The notes: generated from the sequence alone by a model not told the origin. Positions 19,836 to 28,765 are shown, numbered from the stretch's first letter. The stretch: DNA of 64,000 nt from an uncultured Candidatus Saccharibacteria bacterium (GCA_964398815.1 CAYNNZ010000005.1:5739-69738), one strand, 5' to 3'. Numbers and translations: made by a program.

Positions 19836-20990
19836 ATGAAGCCGCGCTCCATCCTCACGCTGGGTAATTTCTTCGGCTCAGCGCATTTCTTTCTCATCAT
19901 TTACATAGTCGCGCCCTATCTCGCGACATTCATGCCGGATTCTGCGGCAGGCCTCGTGGTTTCGCTCGGCGCCATCGGTACGCTTTCGGTCTTCCCATTC
20001 ATGCCGCAGCTCATCCGGAAGTATGGCGCACGCCATCTCGCTATTTATTTCGGCATCGCACAGCTGGTAGTGCTCGGACTCCTCGCACTCGAGCCGGGAC
20101 CAATGCCTGCCTTTCTCCTCGTTGCGCTCACCTGCGCCATAGCGCCACTCATCAGCTACCAGATGGACCTGCTGCTTGAAGCGACCGTGGCGCGAGAGGA
20201 GGCCACCGGCCGCATCCGCACCCTTTTCCTCACGAGCGGAAGTATTGCGCTCATCCTGGCGCCCATGGTGCTCGCATGGCTGCTTGATGGCACGAACGCG
20301 TACTGGCGCGTGTTCGCTGTAGCGTCGGCAAGCACCATCCCGTTCATCATCCTTATGTCGCTGCGCCCGCTTCCACACGGGACGAACATGAACATCGTGA
20401 CTCTCGCGCAAGCGTTCCAGTGCCTCATCGAGAATCAAGATACGCGCGCGACGGTGCTCGCTCATGCGACACTGCAGTTCTTCTACCACCTCGCCCCGTT
20501 CTACATTCCGCTCTATCTGCATTCTGTGCTTCAAATACCCTGGAGTACTCTCGGTCTCCTGTTCACCATAATGCTGCTTCCGTTTGTCTTGCTTGAGTAT
20601 CCGGCAGGATGGTTGGCTGACCGTAAATGGGGCGATAAGGAGATTCTCCTCGTCGGGTTTGTCCTGCTAGCCGGTTCCTTTGCCGCGCTCGCACTCGTAA
20701 ACGCCGACACGATGATTCTGGTGATTCTTTTCATCCTCATATTGAACCGCTCAGGTGCTGCGCTCGTAGAAGCCATGACCGAGGGCCACTTCTTCCGCCG
20801 CATCAGTAAGGAAGACGACGCTGCGGTGGGCGTATTCCGTATCACTCGCCCATTGGCCGCACTCTCAGCGCCTATTGTCGGCTCAATAATCCTGTCGGTC
20901 TCGAGTTACGGCACACTCTTCGTCGTCACCGGTCTCCTTATCGGCATCGTCGGGGTCTCCTCCACCCTCAAAATCCGCGATATCAAATAA
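19836..20990 (+). CDS. MFS transporter (12 TM)
   Basis: 384 aa hydrophobic, typical MFS loop motifs. Terminator hairpin 20991-21011. Confidence 0.65.
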   Translation: MKPRSILTLGNFFGSAHFFLIIYIVAPYLATFMPDSAAGLVVSLGAIGTLSVFPFMPQLIRKYGARHLAIYFGIAQLVVLGLLALEPGPMPAFLLVALTCAIAPLISYQMDLLLEATVAREEATGRIRTLFLTSGSIALILAPMVLAWLLDGTNAYWRVFAVASASTIPFIILMSLRPLPHGTNMNIVTLAQAFQCLIENQDTRATVLAHATLQFFYHLAPFYIPLYLHSVLQIPWSTLGLLFTIMLLPFVLLEYPAGWLADRKWGDKEILLVGFVLLAGSFAALALVNADTMILVILFILILNRSGAALVEAMTEGHFFRRISKEDDAAVGVFRITRPLAALSAPIVGSIILSVSSYGTLFVVTGLLIGIVGVSSTLKIRDIK

Positions 20991-21011
20991 AAGGTGCCTG
21001 CCACCTTTTTT
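20991..21011 (+). terminator. Hairpin aaggtg-cctgc-cacctt + TTTTT after the MFS gene
   Basis: Seen in sequence. Its reverse-complement copy occurs at 21064-21083. Confidence 0.55.
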
Positions 21012-21063
21012 CGGCTTTGTCATTACAAATATTACGTTTTTTATCCTTATCTACGGGAAAATA

Positions 21064-21083
21064 AAGGTGGCAGGCACCTTTTT
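21064..21083 (-). terminator. Hairpin (revcomp copy of 20991-21007) followed on the minus strand by a T-run; terminator for the MutY-like gene
   Basis: Seen in sequence. Confidence 0.5.
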
Positions 21084-21091
21084 CGCAGGCG

Positions 21092-21883
21092 CTATGGGAG
21101 GCGGTAAGTGATTCCCTTTCGGGTGACCATGCCTTCAGCGAGGAGTTTAGCGAGTTGATCTTCTAGTTGCTGTGTGCGGTCGTCACCAAGGAGTCCGAGG
21201 ATGCGAGATTTTGTTGTAGGTGCTTTCGCGAGTTCTTTCAGGATGACACCTCGGGCTTGCCTGTCGCTTCCGGCGAATGTCTTTTGCTTCGAGTAGCCTT
21301 TGGCTTTTGCATTCAGGCGGACACCAGAACGCTTCAAATGGGCACCATAATCCATGAGCGCGGCGTACCATTCTCGTGCCCTTCCATGCGGATGCGCTTT
21401 CTCGAGCACTGCGAGTACTTCCCTATCATCCACAGTCGTTCGGCGCGGGAAGAAATGATGCGTGACCGCCGTACGAATATTTGTCTCTATGAATACTTCG
21501 TCTGAGTTATGTGCAAACGCCATCACGGCGCGCGCAGTATAGGGGCCGATGCCCGGCAATTTCTGCAGTTCCTCCGCGGACTTGGAAAATGGTGTGAGTG
21601 ATTTTGCTGCCGTATGTAGCATCTTTGCTCGGCGGTTATAACCGAGCCCTTGCCATGCACGCAGCACATCACCCAAGGGCGCGTTCGCGAGCGCGCGAGC
21701 AGTCGGAAACTTCTTAAGCCAGGTCTGGTAGTACGACTTTACTCGTTCTACCTGCGTCTGCTGCAGCATTACCTCCGAAACAAGGATGCGGTACGGGTCG
21801 CGCGTCTTGCGCCATGGCAAATCATGACGTCCCTCTTTCTTTGAATACGCCCAGATTATCCTTTTGAACTGCGTTGGATTCAT
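21092..21883 (-). CDS. HhH-GPD base-excision glycosylase, MutY/A-G-specific adenine glycosylase-like, apparently lacking the 4Cys Fe-S cluster loop
   Basis: 263 aa. VMLQQTQVERVKSYYQTWLKKFP...LGYNRRAKMLHTAAKSL...LPGIGPYTARAVMAFA (HhH-GPD). Confidence 0.6.
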   Translation of the reverse strand: MNPTQFKRIIWAYSKKEGRHDLPWRKTRDPYRILVSEVMLQQTQVERVKSYYQTWLKKFPTARALANAPLGDVLRAWQGLGYNRRAKMLHTAAKSLTPFSKSAEELQKLPGIGPYTARAVMAFAHNSDEVFIETNIRTAVTHHFFPRRTTVDDREVLAVLEKAHPHGRAREWYAALMDYGAHLKRSGVRLNAKAKGYSKQKTFAGSDRQARGVILKELAKAPTTKSRILGLLGDDRTQQLEDQLAKLLAEGMVTRKGITYRLP

Positions 21884-22353
21884 TCAGCGTATCCGTTTGC
21901 ACGCAGGAATGCTTCGCCTAGTTCCGAAAATGTTTCACCTCTCTCTATTGCGCGTAGCGCATGCTCGACATGCGGCGTCATATTCGAAGGCAGGTCATCC
22001 ATACGCGACCAGCGAAGATCGTCGCACTTATGCGGTTCCAGATTCTTTACCTCGCCCGACCATTCGCTTATTTCGAAAAAATAATCGACTCGATCTCCGG
22101 TTTCGTCATGCTTCGGGCGGAAAAGAGTATGGACGAAACGCGCCTTCGTGGACTCAATCGCGATTCCGATTTCTTCCGCGACTTCTCGTACAAGCGCTTC
22201 GGTCGGTAACTCCCCCGCATCAATATGCCCGGCTGGTACAGCGTAATTGCCGTCTTGGTATCCAGTATTGAACCTTCTCGCCAGTAATACTTCTCCTTGG
22301 TTCCTGAGTACGAGATAGACTGCTGTCGTGGCAGGATTGCGGGAGTTCTTCAT
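21880..22353 (-). CDS. NUDIX hydrolase
   Basis: 157 aa. Nudix box GHIDAGELPTEALVREVAEEIG. 4-nt overlap with the downstream gene. Confidence 0.7.
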   Translation of the reverse strand: MKNSRNPATTAVYLVLRNQGEVLLARRFNTGYQDGNYAVPAGHIDAGELPTEALVREVAEEIGIAIESTKARFVHTLFRPKHDETGDRVDYFFEISEWSGEVKNLEPHKCDDLRWSRMDDLPSNMTPHVEHALRAIERGETFSELGEAFLRANGYAE

Positions 22354-22359
22354 GCGAAC

Positions 22360-22635
22360 CTATGCTTCAGGCGAGACCGGCTCTGGTGTCGGTTCCGGTG
22401 CGGGAGCGGGCGGTGGTGCCTGGGTTGAAGTGGATGGCGTAATGAGTGGTGACTCCGGAATTATTGCCCACGCGATTATGTAAATAAGAATGCCCGGACC
22501 GAGTCCGGTCGCGAACGTGAGGAGGATGAAAATAAGGCGGACGAGGACCGGGTCTACAGAGAGGTGCTCGGCGATTCCGCCGCAGACGCCGGCGATGACG
22601 CGGTTCGTCTGGCTACGATGAAGGGTCTTTTGCAT
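22360..22635 (-). CDS. PspC-domain small membrane protein
   Basis: Start MQKTLHRSQTNRVIAGVCGGIAEHLSVDPVLVRLIFILLTF (PspC signature), one TM, Pro/Ala-rich tail. The track ORF is over-extended upstream. Confidence 0.6.
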   Translation of the reverse strand: MQKTLHRSQTNRVIAGVCGGIAEHLSVDPVLVRLIFILLTFATGLGPGILIYIIAWAIIPESPLITPSTSTQAPPPAPAPEPTPEPVSPEA

Positions 22636-22660
22636 GGGCCCAGTATACCAAAATCGGCCA

Positions 22661-23074
22661 TTAGGCCGATTCGACGTACTTCTTGAAGTTATCAAGTGTG
22701 GCCTGCCAGCCTCCTGCCTGCATCTCGCGCGAGTTCTCGTGCTCAGGCTCGAATCGCACGACGACATGCGTTCCCTCCTCCACGTTTTCAAGAGAAACAC
22801 TTACCTTGCGACCATCTTCAAGAACGAACATCTCGTATTCCGGCTCAACGACTTCATCGTAGATGCCCTTGAGGTTGAAACCCATACTTCCGTCCTTCGC
22901 CTCCATACGATAGTCGAACGTCCCGCCAGTTATCACATCATTCTTGGCCTCAGTGGTGTGCCAATCATCGGATGCAGCATTCCATTCCTTAATGGCCTCT
23001 GGGTCGTGATACATTTCCCAGACCTTGTCGCGGTCTGCTTCTATCGTTGCTTCTACGGTGATTGGGTTGGTCAT
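22661..23074 (-). CDS. SRPBCC-superfamily protein (AHSA1/activator-of-Hsp90-ATPase-like, polyketide-cyclase fold)
   Basis: 137 aa. VEATIEADRDKVWEMYHDPEAIKEWN... typical of the AHSA1 family. Confidence 0.55.
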   Translation of the reverse strand: MTNPITVEATIEADRDKVWEMYHDPEAIKEWNAASDDWHTTEAKNDVITGGTFDYRMEAKDGSMGFNLKGIYDEVVEPEYEMFVLEDGRKVSVSLENVEEGTHVVVRFEPEHENSREMQAGGWQATLDNFKKYVESA

Positions 23075-23086
23075 AACTTCATTCTA

Positions 23087-23428
23087 CTACTCCTGGAGTC
23101 CCTTGCTTCGTAAACAATTTTTATAGTTAAGGTCTATATCGTCAGTCGTCAACACAGTCTTGAAGCAGGCACTTCTTTCTGCCCTATCCTTATCCGTGAG
23201 CAGCATTGGCACAGCCGTTACAAGAATTTGAACTATACCAACAAAAACAAGTGCAAATGTAAGCCAAAACATTGAAGTGGCATTTCGATTTGAGGAAATA
23301 TCTGCTTTGGATGCACTTCTATTGAGACCAGATAACTCTCGAGTTGCTCGACCTATTTCTGTACTTAAATGCATAATTTGTGCCCCCACACCCTTTATCT
23401 CTTCTAGAAGTTTGAATTCTGTAAGCAT
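23087..23428 (-). CDS. Small single-TM protein, hypothetical; downstream partner of the TM-HEPN gene
   Basis: 113 aa. Soluble N-terminal 50 aa, TM FWLTFALVFVGIVQILVTAVPMLL, C-terminal 40 aa. AT-rich. 10-nt gap from the upstream gene. Confidence 0.4.
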   Translation of the reverse strand: MLTEFKLLEEIKGVGAQIMHLSTEIGRATRELSGLNRSASKADISSNRNATSMFWLTFALVFVGIVQILVTAVPMLLTDKDRAERSACFKTVLTTDDIDLNYKNCLRSKGLQE

Positions 23429-23438
23429 ACAACTAGTA

Positions 23439-24293
23439 CTAGTGGCGTGGTGTCTGTAAGCGAAGAATTATAGGTTTGACAACTTTCTGTAGATTAATAA
23501 ATGTTTCATCACTAATCTGTGCTTCGTCAGTTTTGTGTGCAATCAAATTTCTGATTCCTCTTAAGTCCTCCACGGCCGCCCTTTCTTCGGGTCTTATGAG
23601 CCCCTTATCAGACGCAATTCGTATAAGTTGGTACTCTGGCAAATATGCTGTTTGTGTTCCAATTTCCAGAATAAGATACGATTTTACAGCAGAAATTAGG
23701 GCCTGATACATGCTCAGCAATGAAATACGCAAGTCGCCACTACTATAAGACTCTTCTGTACGCGACTCAGACCTACGACTTAAGTCACGCAAATCCTCGG
23801 CAATTGCGTTTCTTTCCTTTTTGTAGAATTTTGTCGAAACAAGCGCACTCAGTAAGGAGGTGGCTGCCCCTATCAATACTCCAATGGATGTCGACAGAGC
23901 GGCTAGATGTTCATATGAATAACCTGAGAACATATTCAAAATGAACGAGACGCAGAAAAGGATTGCCACGAGTAATGGAAATGCGAGTGCGGTTATATAA
24001 ACTGTAAGTGCCAAGACCTCCAAGTACTGAGTCCAGCTTGTTTCGAGTAAGAATGGAATGGAGTAACGAATGTTATTAAGTCCATATAGATAAGCCGATA
24101 ACAGGAGTAGAGCTAGAAATATTAACCCGGCAACATATAAGGTGACCGGAAAGCCAAATACAGGTATCGAGAATGCACCCCAACTGTCTTTAAAAGGCGC
24201 AAAGGCAAGCAAGGCTGCAGAAAGCCCAACGATGTAGGACGCTCTTTCGAGGGTTGAGTGACCATTTGGTAATTGTGCGGGCGAACTACTCAT
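23439..24293 (-). CDS. 4-TM membrane protein with C-terminal HepT/DUF86-like HEPN domain (putative membrane-anchored RNase toxin)
   Basis: 284 aa. Four hydrophobic helices in the first 155 aa. C-terminal LIRIASDKGLIRPEERAAVEDLRGIRNLIAHKTDEAQISDETFINLQK fits the HepT/HEPN Rx4-6H motif and surrounding pattern (GFRNxxVHEY...I.DE). AT-rich relative to flanks. Confidence 0.5.
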   Translation of the reverse strand: MSSSPAQLPNGHSTLERASYIVGLSAALLAFAPFKDSWGAFSIPVFGFPVTLYVAGLIFLALLLLSAYLYGLNNIRYSIPFLLETSWTQYLEVLALTVYITALAFPLLVAILFCVSFILNMFSGYSYEHLAALSTSIGVLIGAATSLLSALVSTKFYKKERNAIAEDLRDLSRRSESRTEESYSSGDLRISLLSMYQALISAVKSYLILEIGTQTAYLPEYQLIRIASDKGLIRPEERAAVEDLRGIRNLIAHKTDEAQISDETFINLQKVVKPIILRLQTPRH

Positions 24294-24295
24294 AC

Positions 24296-24988
24296 TCAGA
24301 TTTCATAAATCACATCCTTGCGTTCGACAACAATCTTCCAGTCATGTTTCTTGGCGTGGCGGTAGAGGATGCGGTTCGGATTGAATGCGATGGGCGTCTC
24401 GACGAACGACAGCATGGAGATGTCGCTCTCAGTGTCCCCCACCCCGACTGAGCCAGGGATGAGTAGTTTCTCTTTCTCTACTGCACGCTTCAGAACTGCT
24501 GCTTTGTTCATGATGAGATGTTCATCCGCAATTTCTCCCGTGAAGCGATTGCTTGCTCCGGTCTCGTAGAACACGCCGTATGACTTATCGAATCCGAGTT
24601 CATAGGCGAAGCCGTCCACGATAAATTTCGGTGAGTGGGAGATGGCGAGGAGATACTTCCCCTCCTTCTTCAGTTCATCCACGAGGTCGCGGGTGTAGCG
24701 GTAAATGTGGTCCTTCTGCGACTCAATGATTTCGCCTGCAATGTCCGCAATGTCGCCGTACGGAATTCCCTTCGCGTATTTCCCGAATGCGTGCACCACG
24801 CGCTCGATGAACGGCGCGTACTCCCCGCGCCTGTTCTGCCAGTCGTCATGCGCGTTCTTGTATGAATTGCGAGCCTCCGGCGGGAACACTTCGCGCCGCA
24901 CAAGTTCCTCCACGAGCTCGATAAGGAGAGAAGAACGGAATAGCGTTCCGTCTATATCGAACACCGCCACCGGCCGGTCCTTTGCCAT
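24296..24988 (-). CDS. HAD-superfamily hydrolase (HAD-IB/PSPase-like)
   Basis: Start MAKDRPVAVFDIDGTLF (DxDGT motif I), later motifs KYLLAISHSPKF and GVGDTESD. Confidence 0.65.
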   Translation of the reverse strand: MAKDRPVAVFDIDGTLFRSSLLIELVEELVRREVFPPEARNSYKNAHDDWQNRRGEYAPFIERVVHAFGKYAKGIPYGDIADIAGEIIESQKDHIYRYTRDLVDELKKEGKYLLAISHSPKFIVDGFAYELGFDKSYGVFYETGASNRFTGEIADEHLIMNKAAVLKRAVEKEKLLIPGSVGVGDTESDISMLSFVETPIAFNPNRILYRHAKKHDWKIVVERKDVIYEI

Positions 24989-25311
24989 AGGGCTATGGTA
25001 CTCCCCCGCACCGAAATACAAAAAGCGCCACCAGGGTGACGCTCGGGAAGGAACGAGGGCGGGGAGATTTATGGGTTAGTTGGTTTTGTTGAAGAGGGTG
25101 CGATAGTCATCGCGGAGTGTTGGGTGTGTAGTGTCTATGAGTCATAGACGAATCTTTTGTGAGCCGAGGCTCAGAAATGATTTTGTACAGACCGTACCCG
25201 GTATTCCTCTTCGGAACCAAACATTCCCTGAAATGTCCGACCTCCTATGTACTAGTGTACGCCCCCTTCCCTGAGCGTCAAATGAACCTGTGGATTACTC
25301 TTCATGTTCGC

Positions 25312-25914
25312 TCAAACGCAGCCTCTTCCCCACTTACAGACCAGCTTACGCTTCCCGAAGAACGCGAGACAGAAGATGACGATAGCCTCAAACAAAAGGA
25401 ATACGGGGTATGCGAGGTTCGCGAGGTCGAATTTCTCTGTTGCGAGGATTCCAAGTGCGCACGCAACAATCATGAGGAACCATGCGAGGCGCTCCTCGGT
25501 CTCCGGATGGTCGCGGGTCTTCACGATAGTGGGCATGGCGCCGATGGCATCACCCAGTATCGGCAATAGGATGGCGAGCACTGGATGCTTCGTGAATATA
25601 AGAATGAGTATGGCGAAGCCTGCGAGCACGAGCGAGGCTGCATCCACCCAGGTGAAGTGCTTGTAGCCGTAGTGCGTAAGCGAAAGAATGAATACCACTG
25701 CCGTACCTATGGTCGTCCCCACCATCAGGAACACCGACCACGATGCTCCGGCCTGTATCTGCGCATAAATAGCGATGCTCTGCAGAAGAGTCCATACAAA
25801 ATACGTGACGGTGTTTGGCTTCGTTATCTTCCCGATGATGTCCCAGATGTATGGGACGACTGCTGCGAGTGCGAATATTGCGGCCGCAATTCCGACTAAT
25901 TCGTGTGGAGTCAT
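25312..25914 (-). CDS. Polytopic membrane protein, hypothetical (6 TM)
   Basis: 200 aa hydrophobic. No recognisable motif. Confidence 0.4.
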   Translation of the reverse strand: MTPHELVGIAAAIFALAAVVPYIWDIIGKITKPNTVTYFVWTLLQSIAIYAQIQAGASWSVFLMVGTTIGTAVVFILSLTHYGYKHFTWVDAASLVLAGFAILILIFTKHPVLAILLPILGDAIGAMPTIVKTRDHPETEERLAWFLMIVACALGILATEKFDLANLAYPVFLLFEAIVIFCLAFFGKRKLVCKWGRGCV

Positions 25915-25929
25915 ATCCCTAGTATAGGG

Positions 25930-26619
25930 TTACTTTGACTTGGGCCAGAGCATGCCCGCCGGTGGATATATCTTCGTGAGCGGGTGATTGCTGCACTCAT
26001 GCGGCAGCGCATTGCAGACATACCGCCCATAGAGCACCAGTCCGTTATTCACGTACTTCCAATCCTCCTTCGGAATGAGCGCTTCGAGGTCCTTCGATAT
26101 CTTCGTAAGGTCTTTATTGTGCGTGAGATCAAAACGTAGTGCGAAGCGCCTCACGTGCGTATCCGTCGGGATGCCGTCCCAGATGTGATACAGCTCGCCG
26201 AGCACCACGTTTGCGGTCTTGTAGGCGACGCCCGGAAGTTTCGTCAGCTCGTCGATGGTTTTCGGAATTCGTCCGCCATATTGGTCGCGTACAAATTGCG
26301 CGGCACCGATGATGTGGCGCGCCTTGTTCTGATAGAACGTAATGCTCGAGAGCTCATTCGTGAATGTTGCAAGATTCGCATCCGCGAAATCATCCACTGT
26401 CTTGTATTTCTTCCAGAGCCCTTCAGTAAGGCGATTTACTGCCTTATCAGTCGACTGCGCCGACATGATGACTGACGCCACTAGCTGGAACGGATACTTA
26501 GGGTCGTACGCGAGTTCCGTCTTTGGTTCTGGATATTCCTTCTTTAACCACGCGACTATTTTCTTTGCGCGCGCCTGACGCTCCTTGAATTTCGGGTCGA
26601 GTATAGAAAGCTGCCCCAT
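25930..26619 (-). CDS. nth: Endonuclease III-like HhH-GPD DNA glycosylase, without a complete Fe-S Cys cluster
   Basis: 229 aa. PFQLVASVIMSAQSTDKAVN..., LPGVAYKTANVV (HhH plus catalytic Lys), IPTDTHVRRF. Confidence 0.65.
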   Translation of the reverse strand: MGQLSILDPKFKERQARAKKIVAWLKKEYPEPKTELAYDPKYPFQLVASVIMSAQSTDKAVNRLTEGLWKKYKTVDDFADANLATFTNELSSITFYQNKARHIIGAAQFVRDQYGGRIPKTIDELTKLPGVAYKTANVVLGELYHIWDGIPTDTHVRRFALRFDLTHNKDLTKISKDLEALIPKEDWKYVNNGLVLYGRYVCNALPHECSNHPLTKIYPPAGMLWPKSK

Positions 26620-26620
26620 G

Positions 26621-27094
26621 CTACCCAGCTAACTCCTTAAGGTCAGCGAGCACCATGTCCGCATGCTCTGCTGCGCGAACGTTCTCGTAGACTTTGGCTA
26701 TCTTCCCTTCCGGATTGATGAGGAACGAGGTGCGAAGGATTCCCATGTATTCCCTTCCCATGAATTTCTTCTTCGCCCAGACGCCGTAGGCGTTAATGAC
26801 CTTCTTATCTTCATCCGCGAGAAGCGGAAACGTGAGGCCGTATTTTTCTTCGAATTTCTTGTGCGACTTCACTGAGTCTGCAGAAACACCGAGCACCACA
26901 GCATTCAATTTTGAGAAATCAGGGTCAGCATCGCGGATGGCGCAGGCCTGCTTGGTACACCCTGCGGTGTCGTCCTTCGGATAGAAATACAGAAGCAGCC
27001 ACTTCCCTACATAGTCCGAGAGCGTGTGCACTACTCCATTCTGGTCTTGAAGCGAGAACCCAGGCGCGACCTGTCCTTCTGTAGGCATCGCCAT
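26621..27094 (-). CDS. bcp: Thiol peroxidase Bcp (peroxiredoxin Q family)
   Basis: Start MAMPTEGQVAPGFSLQDQNGVVHTLSDYVGKWLLLYFYPKDDTAGCTKQAC (peroxidatic/resolving Cys CxxxxC). Confidence 0.8.
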   Translation of the reverse strand: MAMPTEGQVAPGFSLQDQNGVVHTLSDYVGKWLLLYFYPKDDTAGCTKQACAIRDADPDFSKLNAVVLGVSADSVKSHKKFEEKYGLTFPLLADEDKKVINAYGVWAKKKFMGREYMGILRTSFLINPEGKIAKVYENVRAAEHADMVLADLKELAG

Positions 27095-27095
27095 A

Positions 27096-28250
27096 CTATT
27101 CAAGCGGCAATTCGTCTTGGCCGCGCTTGAACGCCGCACCATAGGAGAGCGACACGATGGCTCCGCCGGCGGCCATCATGAGTATGAACTTAATAATCAT
27201 GCCGAAGTACGGAATGACGCCGATGAGATACAGCACGAGCATACCGAGCACCGCTTCCTTCCAGGTAATCACATAGCGCTTCATGAGCGCACGAGATAGC
27301 GCGGCACCTGCGAGGATGCCCGCGTAGATATATGCGAGCAGAAGGAAGAGGCCGTAGAGCGCAGCGAGGATGAGCGCAACGCCGATACCGACAAACGAAA
27401 GTATAAGAATGAGGATGAGAACGGGCGTCGCGACCAGAATGGCAAACCCGAGAAGCGCGAGGAGAACGAACCGACGCGGAGAGCGGTCAGCGAGCGTGCG
27501 CTCTGCGACATGCTCAGTGAAATGCGGGAAGAGACCGGCGAGGAGTCCGGCGAGGATAAGCACCGCCAGAAGATGCACGATGAAAAGCACAGTAGCGCCT
27601 GCGATAGCGAAAGTGTGTGCCTCTTCAGTACTCGGGAGGAATGAAGACGAGCCGATGTACTGCACACCGCCCATCGCGGTCGTGGTGGCAGGAAGCGTTA
27701 TCTCTTGCGGTGCGTTGTAGCGGAGTGCGCCCGTGATGAGCGTACCGTCTGCGACTGTGATGCGGTCAGAGGCTTCGACCGTCACGCTTCCGCGGAATGT
27801 TCCCGCGAGCGTGACGTCCGAGCCATAAATGATGACATCGCCATTGCTGCCAGTCAGATGCACGGACGCGCCTGCGATACGCGTGTCCTTCGCGGTCGAG
27901 GATGCGTTGATGGTGTTGCCGGCGAGGATGAGATCACCTCCTACTGGCGCGTCCACCGTGACGGTCGCACCAAATGCGCGCACGTCTCCTGCGACCGGCT
28001 TCTCTATCGAGACCGTACCGCCGGCGAGCATGGCGTCTCCGCCAATAGGCGCGTTCGCGGTAACAGTGCCCCCTGCCGCGAGCAGGTCACCCACGAGCGG
28101 AGCGACAACGGTGATATCAGTACCCGCTAGGTACGCGTTCGTGCTCGATGCTTCTGAAAGCACGATGGTACGCGCAGACTGCAGCGTGGACGCGGAAGCG
28201 CCGAGCGGGGCTAGCGCGAGGATGGCGGCGATAGCGAGGTATCGCTTCAT
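27096..28250 (-). CDS. Bactofilin-like (polymer-forming cytoskeletal, DUF583-type) repeat domain with signal peptide, fused to C-terminal polytopic membrane domain
   Basis: 384 aa. Repeats AGTDITVVAPLVGDLLAAGGTVTANAPIGGDAMLAGGTVSIEKPVAGDVRAFGATVTVDAPVGGDLILAGNTINA (beta-helical bactofilin-like). Residues 200-384 form about 5 TM helices. Confidence 0.5.
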   Translation of the reverse strand: MKRYLAIAAILALAPLGASASTLQSARTIVLSEASSTNAYLAGTDITVVAPLVGDLLAAGGTVTANAPIGGDAMLAGGTVSIEKPVAGDVRAFGATVTVDAPVGGDLILAGNTINASSTAKDTRIAGASVHLTGSNGDVIIYGSDVTLAGTFRGSVTVEASDRITVADGTLITGALRYNAPQEITLPATTTAMGGVQYIGSSSFLPSTEEAHTFAIAGATVLFIVHLLAVLILAGLLAGLFPHFTEHVAERTLADRSPRRFVLLALLGFAILVATPVLILILILSFVGIGVALILAALYGLFLLLAYIYAGILAGAALSRALMKRYVITWKEAVLGMLVLYLIGVIPYFGMIIKFILMMAAGGAIVSLSYGAAFKRGQDELPLE

Positions 28251-28274
28251 GCCGGCATGATACCACGCACGGTT

Positions 28275-28727
28275 TTAGGCGACAGATGCGGCTTCCGGGG
28301 CCTGTTTTGCCTTGTGGTAGAGCTTTGCGGCGGCTGCGGCAAGCAGGAATGCGATGACCGCAGAGCCGACGCAGTAGATGCAGAGGGCTTTAATGAGCGC
28401 GAGCTGAATGTACAGAAATGCGATGGAGGCGAGAAGCCCGACCGTACCAAGGAGCGCGAGCGCGCCGTCAATTTTGCGCGATGGCTTATAGAACGCGACG
28501 AGCGAGATGAGGAGGAAGAGCGCATAGAAGACGACACCGTATACCCCGAGTGGGACGCCCCAGAGGTGCGCATACGGGCTTGTGGCGACGATATTGCAGC
28601 CATTCAGGCCATTGATGTCGCAGGCCAATTCGCCGCCAGTCATAGCGGTCTCAGCCAGGTACCACGCGTCGGCAAGGCCAAGGAGCGAGAGGCCGAGAAG
28701 TAAGGAGATGAGGGTGGACCTCTTCAT
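28275..28727 (-). CDS. Vitamin K epoxide reductase (VKOR) family membrane thiol oxidoreductase
   Basis: ELACDINGLNGCNIVATSPYAHLWGVPLGVYG (loop Cys pair) and the active-site CIYC in a TM helix. Start at MKRS (28727) or MALMKRS (28736). Confidence 0.65.
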   Translation of the reverse strand: MKRSTLISLLLGLSLLGLADAWYLAETAMTGGELACDINGLNGCNIVATSPYAHLWGVPLGVYGVVFYALFLLISLVAFYKPSRKIDGALALLGTVGLLASIAFLYIQLALIKALCIYCVGSAVIAFLLAAAAAKLYHKAKQAPEAASVA

Positions 28728-28765
28728 GAGAGCCATCCTAGCACGGACTGATATACTCGCGATAT

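Noticed and set aside
16715-19867. 257-aa minus ORF inside rnj, 390-aa plus ORF opposite the SPFH gene, and R/P-rich ORFs 18835-19166
   Set aside because: Overlap strongly supported genes on the other strand. Arg/Gly/Pro-rich composition expected from GC-rich antisense.
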